From positions 22,043,867-22,107,866 of the forward strand of contig OZ316894.1 of the NCBI GenBank assembly GCA_973895155.1: 64,000 nucleotides of DNA, in the 5' to 3' direction. The first letter of the stretch is position 1, and every line of letters starts with the position of its first letter. A program made the translations under genes and the position numbers. Of the stretch, positions 35,913 through 47,530 are shown one piece after another. Origin of the DNA: Marsupella aquatica. Taxonomy: Eukaryota; Plantae; Marchantiophyta. The notes under the pieces were generated by a model. That model made no database searches and had not been told where the DNA came from. It worked only from the letters and a program-made list of their open reading frames with translations.

Positions 35913-38679
35913 TTTTTTTTTTTCGGGGGAAGGGGGGCGCAGGAGCCTATCAATAACAGGCAAGGGGGCAAAAACCACCCGAGCAAGGGAAAGACAAAAA
36001 GGGCCCAACACCCCGAACACACACCAAGACACACAGCTAATCAGGCCAGGGAGCCCGATACCACCACCAGAAGGTGGGACCAACAAAAATCCTGGCAGGC
36101 GTATTCCTGCACTGCTTGTCCCGGAAGTGACTTCTAAGCTTATCCTGGATGCTCCTAACATTCTCCTTACTAATCATGAAGTTCGTGTATTTAGTCTTTG
36201 GATACCAATGCATCTGGTTACTCAACTGGCTTCTGGTAGCGCTACGGCTTCTAAGGGCAACCTCGGGGGTCTCACTATACGGATGCCTCCCCATCACCTG
36301 CGACGTTTTTAGGCCTCGGACCCCCTAAAATGTAAGAAAAAAAAGTATTTTTTCAACCCCTATAAAGTTGGAATATTCTTGGAATATTCCAAAATTTTGG
36401 TTATAAGGACCCTAATGTTCTTATAAGTCTCAAAATTGGATTTAAAAGACCCTATTATTCTTCTCATAAAATTCTTAAGTCTTCCCTTTGAACCCATAAA
36501 ATGACCCTATACTTCGTCGCACGTGATATGCCATTTTTGTGGAAGTGAAACCCCCGAGAGGGCAACATTCCCCATCAGGTGCCACCGGCCAACGTACATG
36601 TTCATCCCCTCGCCGTACCCCGTCCAGCGAACCAGACCCGTCTCGTCCATCCTCACCCAATCACAGTGGTTCTTACCCTTCATCATCTTCCACATTCAGG
36701 GCGACCGGGCTGTCGATAGTCTCCCAGGGCTTAAGTATAACCTGGAGTTGAGTCAGGGCCCGCCTTAGCTGTTTCCATTTTCTCTCCTAATGGCAGGCAT
36801 CCAACATGGTGCGAAGGTGAGTTTCAGTCTTCCAACCCAGCCGGGTAGTCGCCCTAGGAACCTAGAGTAGGTGGCAGCATTTCTCTCCTTCCAAATGCTC
36901 GAACACATCTCCATGAGCAAGACCACAGGTCCTGGTTTCCTTTTGTGCATCTTCAAAGCAGTCGAGATAGCTTCGTACAATGTACCTTGCGACGTCTTGA
37001 GGGCATCAGCCTGCTGGACCAGTTGTTGGACCTCCCTCCATCTATCAGTGACAGTCCTACAGCTAAAGAACAGATGTTCGGTGTGTTCGAACTGGCTCTT
37101 GCAATGAGTGCAAGTGCCGTTCGTGACCTCCCAATGGCTTGCCCTGCCATTCGTAAAAAAACCATGGTTTAACAGCCTCCAAAGAAAGAATCTCACCTTG
37201 GGAAAAGACCAGCCTCCCCATAGTTTCTTCCAGTAGTGATTCCATCCACTGGGGGTGTGGGCTTGTCCCCATCTACGATTCAGCTGGGTCACGTCCAGAT
37301 GAGGCTCCCTTGAGCAGTGGCTCCATATCCGTGTGGAGAAATCCCAACCTTTATTGCGTCCACTCCAGTCCCACTGCCAACCCCCACACTCCTGAAGTCC
37401 CGTGTCAGTGACAGTGCTCTGTCGAAGCTTGTTGTAAAACCTGGTAAATTCCAGATTCCCAATAGAGCGGGTACTTCGGAGTTGCGAACTGAGCTCCTCC
37501 TCATTCACCCATTCACCTTGAGGAGTCCTGAGATTCATCAGGTGCTTGATGCCACAGTTGGCCAGGAATCTTCTACGGTCAGTTCCCTGTTGTGCCGTGG
37601 CAATGCTGGTCCGTAGGTAAAGTAAGATGGTTTGTTCGATGGAGAGGTGGCTTGGGATCTGTCCTTCTCCAAAGTTAAATTGGAGGTGGTGACTCTTGGA
37701 TGTCCATCCCTAGAGGAGACCTCTCAGCATTGGTGAGCCCTGAATGTGAATGTTGTCAGCCAAAAGAAGTGCTTCAGTTGCTGTCCAGTGGCGTCTCTCT
37801 TTCTTCCCCGGTCCAGTCTTCAGCCCCTTTACGATGATCTCTTGTGCAATTTGCACCCACTCACGCTCCGCCTGAGTAATCAGTTTGGCGATATGTCGCA
37901 TTTTCAGTGACTGAGAATGCTCCTCGAAGGGCTGTATTCCCAAGCCACCCTCCTCCTTGGGTCTGGTAATCACATTCCACGCAATGAGCACTTTCTTGGT
38001 TCCTTCGGTGGTAGTTGACCCCCACAGGAACCGACGGCAAACTTTTTCCATCTCCAAAAAACCCGTCTTGTGCAGAGCCAACGCCATCAAGTGATACGTG
38101 GGAATAGAGCGAAGAACGTGCTTGAGAAGGATCGCTCTGCCAGCCATAGATAGGCTCCTTTTGGTCGAATGGCACAGTCGGCTTCTCAATCTACCAACCA
38201 GAAATGCAACTTCATGAGACGGCCGCACCTTGTAACCAATCGGGCTGCCCAAGTATTCAGTCAACTCTCCTTCCTTGGCGATTTTGCATCCCGTAGCAGT
38301 CAACCAGACTGGGTAAACTCCGTCGGGGAAGTAGATAGGAATAATCTTCGATTTCTGTACGTTTAGCAAAGCGCCAGAGATGTTCTCATATTGTTGTATG
38401 ATCTTTCTAGCCATCTGGAAATCCCCCTCAGTGGCCGCCAGGAACAGCCCCGTGTCATCAGCAAAGAGTTGGTGGCACAGGCTCTTATTGTCAGGCAGCT
38501 TCAAACAGTTCAGCTCTCCCATCTCAATCTTATTCCTGCAAAGCGCCATCAGTGGCTGGGTGGTAAGAGCAAAAAGAAGTGGGGACAGGGGGCAGCCTTG
38601 CCTCACCCCTCTGTTCAACTGGATCGGTTCAGTGAATCTCCCGTTGATGTGAACCTTAGACTGGGTGTGCTCCACCTGC
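35913..38679 (-). mobile_element. 5'-truncated L1-clade LINE retrotransposon
   Basis: RT motifs RGVRQGCPLSPLLF, QLFADD, YLG and EGGLGI (37710-38679); zf-RVT region FFLWRL...CTHC...HLFFSC (36765-37538); poly(A) seen as T11 at 35913-35923; 16-bp TSD CCTGGCAAACCACAAG at 35897-35912 and 38680-38695. Confidence 0.93.
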
Positions 38680-39684
38680 CCTGGCAAACCACAAGTAAGT
38701 TGCTCTATCACACAATATTTTCTTGCGATCTCTAGCAATGAAGTCTGTGCTCCTCCAAGTAATTAGCCATACTTACTAGTCTATCCTCTTCAGTCTTTAG
38801 TTGAGGTTAAACTACTCCACTTAACCTAACCAGACTCTAGAGTTATGTTCAATAAGCATTCACATCAACATAAATGTGGGATTGGTCCAAACTTTCCTAA
38901 ATGCTCTGAGTACTTGTAAGGCCAACTGTTTCTATTGATTATACAATCCAGATTAGTCTTAGAAGGAATTCCCTCTAATCTTAGAGATGTTCAGTCTAAT
39001 GCTTTGTGTTAGAGTGTTCGATCTCCCTAAATTAAAGAATAACCTTTAGATTCTGGCTTATGGGGTCTCTAGCAAAAGTGGGAAACTGGCTAATCCATAT
39101 AACTAATTGCTAACAGAAGCCACAGTTGGGGTCTAGACTTCTAGACTGACTCCTAGCTGTAGACCATAACTCTAAATAAAGACAAAATCAATAGACAAAA
39201 CTGAAAGTCAAGTGCTTACTTACCAAAGAGAGGAATGGGGACAAAACTGAAAGTGAAGTGCTTACTTACCAAAGAGATGGATGGGGAAAAGATGAAGCAG
39301 AAACAACATAGATTCTTTTGCAAGGTTTTTTGGTATTATCTCTAGTTATGTTCAAGTAACGGGTAAGCAGGCTAGTGGAACAAAAAAAAACTAGCCTAAT
39401 TTTAGCTAAAAGCGACTTTTGAGAGAGATAGATCTAGCAGCTTTTGGCCACTAAAAAAAGGCTCGTAGGGTTTCTCCTTTTTCTGCATTGCAAGCGGTCA
39501 CGCTATCTTCATACCGGCCTAACTTGTTTAGCAGACACGTGGGAATGCTGTATACCCATAGGATCCTCCCCACTTGAGGCTCAGCCAAAACTCCTGACAT
39601 GCCGTGTGACACCTCAACGGATATTGCTGTCAGACCTTACACTCTTACACACACGCATTGAACTGGGCTTTACATCAAGAGATT

Positions 39685-39852
39685 CACTTGAATGAAATGT
39701 GGGTAGAGGAAGGCTTTGCCTGACATGCAGAAATCAATATTGAAAAGAGAGCAAAGCTGTCCCATGGCTATCTTCGGATCATGCCTGGAGCACGCTAGCA
39801 ATCAGACCTGGTTTGGAAAGAAGTGGTGAAAAACTTTTCCATGATATGCTGT
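39685..39852. repeat. Inverted partner of 30231-30402
   Basis: Direct reverse-complement comparison. Confidence 0.8.
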
Positions 39853-40378
39853 ATCCATTGCTAGCATTCGGGTAAATGTTCTGTGACTTAGGTGGAAGCC
39901 AGGAACATTTAAGAGTCGACAGCAAACCTACCTGTACAGGTTTTGCTATGCTTTGTTTAGCCCATAGTTTTTATGAATTTGTGAGTTGCAACTCCCTGGT
40001 CCAAAATGGCAGTCACCTGTAAATTCCAATGTTACGCTGTCATCCTGTACGCAGATTTGATGTTAGATACGAAACAGAGGAGTCACATGAGCCATTAGCA
40101 GTGATACTCTTAACCGTCACAAGCACACAACTCATGTCCAAAAACGTTGGTTGTTGTTAATGGTTATGTGATCAAACCTCGAGTAGCAGCAGCTGAATAT
40201 GTCTGTGAAACATGGTTCCTTCCACGCCAAACTACACGATTGAGCTTCAGTCTAAACCAGGCTTAAGTCTTGGTAGTCACTCACATGATGGTCGCAGTCT
40301 CTTAAAATGGACACTAGTTCACTGTGTTGCATAGCTCGAGGTTTAATTCATCTGCTGCGTGTGGTTTGAAAGCAAATT

Positions 40379-40626
40379 TAGGCAATACAGAGTATGTCCT
40401 TGCTCCAAACCTTCATCTCTGTGTTGTCAAGAGGTGGGTTCGGTATCTTACTTGACAAGTACATCAATTCAGCACCCAAGGTAGGTAGATGGCCAATAGG
40501 CAATACAGAGTATACAGAGTATGTGCTTGCTCCAAACCCTCCTTCTCTGTTTTGTCAAGAGGTGGGTTTTGGTATCTTACTTGACAAGTACGTCAATTCA
40601 GCACCCAAGGTAGGTAGATGGCCAAT
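40379..40626. repeat. Tandem duplication (~120-130 bp x2)
   Basis: GGTATCTTACTTGACAAGTAC...CAGCACCCAAGGTAGGTAGATGGCCAAT occurs twice. Confidence 0.85.
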
Positions 40627-42087
40627 GTTCACTAACTATTTTTTCACTCTTCAGTTAAGTTAGTTGGCTAATCAGACAACTCTCCTTCTGGTGACAGGAT
40701 AACAGCTTCAATGCACAGAGGTCTTGACGTGTAGATGATAATTGTCCCCTCATATTGTGGAACTCTCGTACAGAGACTTGCCTGCGATAAGGTAGTATTC
40801 CACCTTGTGTCTCCCTCAATACGCCTGTTTGTGGTAAATTGCGACGGTGATGTGAACCCTTAAATCTGTAGCCCCGTCGTCCTGCTTGTCGGCTCGAAGA
40901 TTAGTTTCAATCATGTCCTGTTAGTGCATCCGCATGGCTCGCGTAGTAGGCTAAAAACTCACATCAGAAGTGGCAGCAAAGAACGCATTGAAGATTTATA
41001 ACTTCCATCCCATTTTGCTGTGACCAGTGATCGAAATTTTTCCGTCTAACTACTACTTGTTTCTCAACATCTTGAGTTCTTTGCGTTTGTGCAAATGTTA
41101 GGTATCGGGCACATGCTACATGTACACAGTCGTGTGTATTGGATTGAGCACAGACCCGTTTGTGTAGTTTCTTCTCAATATTCCTCGCGAAGTAGGTTGT
41201 AGGGATTGTTCTGCTAAGAACTTTAAGGTTTCTTCTGCTAGACCATCAGGGAAGACCGCAGAGGGTTATGGATATGCAAACACATCCCTACATTGTAGTA
41301 ATGGCACTTACACAACGTTCAGGTGTAGTGGTCTTCCTGAGTAACACTTCCATTCAGGGTTTCAGGTGCAGAAGTCTTCCTCAGTACCGCTTCCACTGTA
41401 TGACAAATGGTCGAGACTGATTCTTCTCAATGAAAGTGTAGCACCCATCTCTACCCGCCAAATAAGGTAGAAGTTGGTGCTAATCGAAGTACCGATTAGA
41501 GCGTAGGCAAGAAGATGAAACAAAAGTGTAGTACCGTGTATACTCGGCCAAATGAGCAAAGCTTGGTGCTGATCATACTAACCGACTAGTGCGTTGGCAA
41601 GATGAAACGAAAGTGCGCTTTACCGTAGTGACTACTCCATCTTACGTGTCTCATGGTCGTTAGAAACTATCGTGGGATGCTGACCGGTTTGGATGAACAT
41701 CAGCACGGGTTGAGATCGATGTCAGTGACGAGACGACAGAGCTGCATGTAGTTGCAATAGCTGAGAAAAGCTTCAGAACTTGCGAAGAAAAGATTCAGGC
41801 TCACAAGTTTGGCCAGGCTCCATGTTATTTCAGTAATTACACTCAAAATATAGAACCAAACGGCTGTGCAAGGATGCAATCCCTCACATGCGAATGAGGT
41901 TGTGCATGCATGCAGATCGCAATGCAGATATCTGTCGCAGCTATCTATTCACACCCTCCAAAGGGTCGTCAACTTTAGAAGCAATTTCAACAAAGTTCCA
42001 TCTCCAATGGCAACGGATGTATTTTACAGACCGAGACGATCGATACATCTAATTCTCAAATACTCAAGTCTACTAGTAGGTCGTGCT

Positions 42088-42693
42088 CTAGGAGATGTTA
42101 CGCAAAATCTCAGCTGCGGTGGCAATGGCTCCGCCAGTAATGGCCCCACGCAACACACGGTCAGTGCCAGGGTTGTTCTCTGTGAGGGACAGAGCTGCTC
42201 CTGTCAAAGCACCTCCAAGGAGGGCATTCTTCCAGTCGTGGACACCTCGGGCCTCGGAGATGCCGTAGGTGACACCAGAGTAGACACCAGCGACAAGACC
42301 CCACTGCAATGCATCCTTCCCCATTCTTTGAGCGGATTGCTCGACAGTCTTCTTGTTGGCGTCTTCAGACACGAGGTATCGGTAGCTGTCCTGGGAGGCT
42401 GCATGCAAAGCTCCCACGCCTCCGACCTTCACGAACCCATCGAACACTCTGTTGATCAGAGGGTGGCCAAGATCGACAAACCCATCAAAACTGTTATCAA
42501 TGTCTCTGCTCTTCTCGTGGCCCCATCGCCTGGTCCGCTCCCACGCATCTCCAGCTGAGTCCTGCACATTTTGTCCCCACTTCTTGGTCTCCTCCTTCCC
42601 ATCCTTGGCAGCTCGCTTCGTCTCGTCTACGGTGTTGCGACCGGCGTTCTTCGCCGACTCCAAGGAATCCGATGAAGCTCTGTACTCAGGCAT
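42088..42693 (-). CDS. OEP16-2: Plastid outer envelope pore protein 16-2-like (Tim17/22/23 family) with LEA-like N-terminal extension
   Basis: DLGHPLINRVFDGFVKVGGVGALHAASQD, LQWGLVAGVYSGVTYG and RGVHDWKNALLGGALTGAALSL are characteristic of seed/pollen-type OEP16. Confidence 0.88.
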   Translation of the reverse strand: MPEYRASSDSLESAKNAGRNTVDETKRAAKDGKEETKKWGQNVQDSAGDAWERTRRWGHEKSRDIDNSFDGFVDLGHPLINRVFDGFVKVGGVGALHAASQDSYRYLVSEDANKKTVEQSAQRMGKDALQWGLVAGVYSGVTYGISEARGVHDWKNALLGGALTGAALSLTENNPGTDRVLRGAITGGAIATAAEILRNIS

Positions 42694-42891
42694 GATTCCT
42701 GATGGTGCTTGAGAAGTGCAAACTTACGAGGTCTTTCAACACAGTCTACACAAAACGAAGCGGAGAGAGACGTTCGCTATGGCTAATCGAGAATGGAAAC
42801 TTGGAACACTGAACGCAATGCGAGTAGATGATAAGATCATGGAACGGGATAGATAAGTACTCTTTCCTTAGCTGCCTCGGCATTGTCAGAA

Positions 42892-43083
42892 ACGTGGTCG
42901 CTCAACACTTGGCCGCGAGATATTCAGACCACGTGGAGAGCTGTAAACTCCCATTAAGAAAAGTGCCGATGAAGCCAACGGCAAATGGTGCATTCGGATT
43001 CGCTGCTCCAAGATGAGTCACGAGTACGTTGAATTGGATCCGTTTTTGCATTCCGATGCCATTTCCTCATGTTCGCCACGTGT
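42892..43083 (-). promoter_or_regulatory. ABRE/G-box cluster upstream of OEP16-2
   Basis: ACGTGG at 42892, CACGTG at 42930-42935, and ACACGTGGC on the minus strand at 43075-43083. Confidence 0.5.
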
Positions 43084-45535
43084 TGCGAAAACTTTGCCTG
43101 GGTGGACTCCAGCTCTACTTATCCATCAGTGCCTTAGCCCTTAGGCTTAGAGAATAGAGCTTGCATGCGGTTGAGCTGCCAACGTCAGAAATCTGAAAAA
43201 TTGATGACGGCCGTTTTGGTATAATTAGCCAGGTCGTTCCAAAGCATTCGAATTATCTGCCGTTTGGGTGACGATTTAATCTTAGCCCTTCTGGATAAAA
43301 TCGGATCGTCCAATGTTCACAATTGCTTTGGCATGAATGCAAGCTCAATCTGGGGGACCTCCAACGCTTTATGGCTCTCAACTGTACTGTGACCGCGGAA
43401 GGTTTTCGCATGTGATTGGCTTCCAGGTCGAGCCTGTGACCACAGTAGTGAGCTTTGCGGTGCTTCAGCTTGCAGTGCGCAGATTAAGAACCATGACTGC
43501 AGCAGAGTGAGAACTCTGCACCGTATTGGTGGGCGTGACACAGTTATCGAGCTTTGCAGACCTCTCCTTTCTAAATCATGTGATATTGTGATGCGGTGCA
43601 ATTGGCCCAATTATGATGGATAGTGTTGGATCAACTGGTGGCCGGTGTTGGTTTCAGCCCTATCTCCTATGTCCCACCAGGACTGCTCTATACGTGAAGA
43701 CGTGTTCTCCCACAACTGTTCCCTCGACATCACAATCATCACTCCAAACTTCAATCAGCCTGCGTCCTGGTCATCTCTTCGCCATGATGCTACGCGATGA
43801 TGAATCCCCCCACCAAAAGTCTGCACGAGCAGGCCATGACTTTTTCGGCTCTGAAGTCACAACTAATTTCCAAATACACTCCAATTTCGTCTTCACTCAT
43901 TCGCGGTTCAAATGCAACGAGGATAACAGGCACGTTGCTTGATTTGTCTGATATTTCAAGAAGGCAAATTTAATTGCCTGAATGCAGAACTCATCTGAAA
44001 TGTGTGACATCAGCTCCAGCGTCGCATCGGACATTCAAATTTTAGATTCTAATGTCACATGAGTGTCATGGTATTCGAGCTCAAATTGTGTCTGTGTAGC
44101 GCGCCGAATCATTAATCTCTTTGGTACAATGCTCTCGTTGATATACAATGTCCGCCGAATACGAGGTGCGCAAGGGTCTCGGCTCTCTGTCCAAGGAGGC
44201 CCATGAGAAAGCAAAGGCGAGGACTGAGCTCTGCCAGGACATTGGCGTTAGGGCTTAAACGCAGCGATTCAGAGGTTCTAGTGGTGGGAAGATCCGTGTT
44301 GAGTACCAACCACAATCATTAAAGCAGTTCAGTCGTACTCGCACAGAAACCCACTTGAAGAAGCGAATTATAGAAAACGATTAACATCGAAGACGACGAT
44401 ACAAAGAACTGCTTGCATGCTCTACATCAAAACAATGTGCAATAGTGTTTGCAGGTGGAGCTCTCCCTGACCATCAATGAAGCTGTCTTTGTGAATGGAA
44501 TTCCAAATGATCTTTCAAGGACAAAAAAAATAAAATCAAGCTACATTCTGGGAAACCGAGGTTTTAGACAATCAAATGGTTTAAGAGAATCAAGTCAGGT
44601 ACTACTTTTTTCGGATCTTGACACTTATAGCAGGTCCTCCGCAATTCTTCGCATACTACGTCTCTAATTCCGCCTAGCAGGAAGCATACTGCCATGAAAT
44701 TTCCATACGCGACGGTGCACCAGACATGTTCTGTGCCCAGTCTTTGTGCCCAGTCTTTGGCACACAACAGTCACTTGTTTACTTGCAGCGTATGCCATTT
44801 ATGCGGTTTAGTTCAAGATTCACGAGTTTACTCATTGGCAAAGATTGGCCCGTTTGGTTCGAGACTTTCCATCTTCAACCGGCTACACAACCAGACAACA
44901 GGCGGATCTCTCTGTCACTGATAGGCCACGGACAGGGGCGACTCGTATCATTCAAAACCGTAGCCAAAGAAAATTTATAAGGCACTGTACCTCACCAAAC
45001 CCACATGCTCCGAAGTTTTTCACTGTTTAAAGTTTCAGAGAATCCATTGCTGAAGTGACAAACATGGGCAATGAAGTAAACCTTTAAGTCACATCCAATT
45101 GTGGACTGACAGAATTATACATAAAATTCGTTCGTAAACACTTTTTTTAAGCAACTTCCAATTGTGCACATAGATCGACGTGAACATCAAATGGCTGGAA
45201 ATTGGAACTTAGAAATCCATTTTAGTTGGAAAACTGGAAAATAGCTCCCTCAATGAGCAGGTACCAACACAGCCTCAACGCGAGGTAGCAGCTAAGCTTC
45301 TACTGTACAACCAAGCACGCCACCCAGAACGGTGCGGGAGAGGAAGAATGATTGACCCAGTGTTCTAAACCCCTCAAGCTTTGCCTAGAGACGATATCTA
45401 AGGATTCTTGAGATGAATCCTTGCCTCCTAGCAAACACAAAACAAAACTGCGATACTGAACGAAATTCATTGAGAGAATATAGAAAGGAACTAACCGCAT
45501 GACACTATGGAAGGGAAGCTCAAATGATCAGAACG

Positions 45536-46561
45536 TCATTTACTGACGAGTCGTCGAAAGAATGCAATGGATTTGTTAACAGGGGAATTGGCCGCCATTG
45601 AGCTGTACAATGCATTCTCAAGATCAGTAGCGGTGGGCCTTTTCTTGAGTCTGCTGACGCACTTATACTTATCTCCCTCCTTCACATATACAAGCCACGG
45701 CTGCCCCTCAGGTGCACCACTCCTCACACGCTTTAAAACTGCTCCCTCGGTCTTACTAAAGAATCCTTGGATGTTCAGGGGAATGAACGAGTAGGCAGCA
45801 CAAAAGGAAGCCAGAAATGGTCCAGAGATTTTGTCCCCTTCCTCCTCCTCGGACCACTCTGGATTCACAACTATGACCGGTCTCACACCAGCATTTATAG
45901 CGACATACTCGAGAGCAGTGGCCTGCTGAAATCTAGGAGCAATCACAAGAGCAAACGCAGCACTCTGGGGAAAATTTTCTGAGCTTTCCAGACTATGGTA
46001 AGTAGTCGAAGGAGAAGGAAGTGCTGTATCTACTAGGGCAGAGTCAGAAAAGTAGACACCAACCTTGCCAGATACTTTCTTGCCGCTATCGAGAAACGAA
46101 TCCAGCAGATCCTGCGTGAGCGTGACGAGAGCTTGAGGAGAGTCCTCCATTAGAGGGATGTCCACTCGGAGGCGCATCTGCCGTTGTGACTTCCTTTGCT
46201 TCACCGTGGTTGGCCCCTGCTTCTTCAACGTCTTCTCTAGGAGAGTGAAGAGTGCAGCTCCAGCCTGCTGAACCACCTCCTCGTTGCTCGAAGGCAGCGA
46301 ATCGACATCACCGTCTTCTGGACTACTGGAAGGGCGTGAGCTCGTCGCATAAGCCAAGTGCTGAAAAGCACGCCCTCCTCTTCCTCTCGACCGATGCCAT
46401 GGCGCCCAGCTCACAAGTACTGGACAAGAATCAGTGGCTAATGAACGAGACGGTGGATGCTGAGGAAGCAATTGGCCACTGAAGAGGGAATGTGAAGAAC
46501 AGAGAACGGGTTTTCCATCTACAACGCTGGAAACTCTCAATATGGTCATGGCACCAGCCAT
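45536..46561 (-). CDS. Plastid-targeted DUF1995-like protein (~341 aa), single exon
   Basis: Ser/Arg-rich transit-peptide-like N terminus; RLRVDIP and VIVVNPEW motifs; C-terminal RP..DLENALY..MAANSPVNKS resembles a conserved plant chloroplast family (from recall). ATG at 46561. Confidence 0.75.
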   Translation of the reverse strand: MAGAMTILRVSSVVDGKPVLCSSHSLFSGQLLPQHPPSRSLATDSCPVLVSWAPWHRSRGRGGRAFQHLAYATSSRPSSSPEDGDVDSLPSSNEEVVQQAGAALFTLLEKTLKKQGPTTVKQRKSQRQMRLRVDIPLMEDSPQALVTLTQDLLDSFLDSGKKVSGKVGVYFSDSALVDTALPSPSTTYHSLESSENFPQSAAFALVIAPRFQQATALEYVAINAGVRPVIVVNPEWSEEEEGDKISGPFLASFCAAYSFIPLNIQGFFSKTEGAVLKRVRSGAPEGQPWLVYVKEGDKYKCVSRLKKRPTATDLENALYSSMAANSPVNKSIAFFRRLVSK

Positions 46562-47234
46562 GGCTGGTGTAGCCAACGGCTTAGAGATGAGAACTCTGAG
46601 CGGAAACAGCACTCACAAGAAACTATGGACAGTGTTCGGAGTTCCAGTAATCACATGCAAGCAGGGGAAACGAGATTCACTTTCAGGAGTCCAGCATCAG
46701 ATCTTGAGCTTAAGTCTGGAAGTCCGCCAACAGATCTGAGAAGTCAATCTGGTGAACCGATGGTCCAGATCATAGAACGTCTCTCACCTAGATAAAACAC
46801 TTCTTCGTCACCTAAGGGAATGACAGCTTAAGCTCCCTACACTCCCGACATGAACGCAGAGTGAGCTTAAAAGAGCAGCTAAGCTCAGTGCATAACGTCT
46901 AGAAATTCCCGATCATCAACTACTGTTGGGGATTTGATGTTCCCTCAGGCTTGGAAATCACCAAGAGACGATCAGTTCCGGCTGACGTTCGAAGGAAGCC
47001 AGTCTGTGTCACAGGTTCTTCACTTCTACTAGAGGTACAGAGAGCATCTGAACCGCAGGGTAAGCTCGATGGCTCAGTTCCTCCGACAGCTAGCCAGATA
47101 ACTTCTTCCTGAGCAGGAAAACGAGTACAACAACAAATACAATCACAACAGAAACAGAAACAGAAGTGAACACCGGTTCCCGATCTCGAGGCGAAGGCTA
47201 CGAAGCTCAGCAAATCGAGCTGCGTTTCATGGCG

Positions 47235-47530
47235 AAAGTCAGATGAGAGCCCCAAATAGGCACATAGTGGCATCGGGGCTAGAGGCCTCGATCTCCCATG
47301 AGGCCTACTGAATCCCGATAACAAGTATGTGCCATTTCGGACTCTACCCAAATGAGCAAAAAGCTCGGCCTGCTCAGTATATCGAGATGAGCTTCCAGCA
47401 AAAGTCAGATAGTGAGCCCCAAATGGGTACACAATTGTTTCGGGGCTGAATGGAAGGCCTTCTCCCTCGACGCCTTTCGATTCCCGATAACAAGTATGTT
47501 CCGATTTCGGACTCCACCCAAGGAGCGAAA
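47235..47530. repeat. Diverged tandem duplication (~165-170-bp period)
   Basis: AAAGTCAGAT..GAGCCCCAAAT at 47235/47401; TCCCGATAACAAGTATGT..ATTTCGGACTC occurs twice. Confidence 0.7.

Noticed and set aside
38680-38738. N terminus of the 342-aa RT ORF
   Set aside because: Lies in the TSD and flanking host DNA; a fortuitous in-frame extension of a truncated LINE.
41866-42558. 230-aa + strand ORF
   Set aside because: Antisense shadow of OEP16-2.
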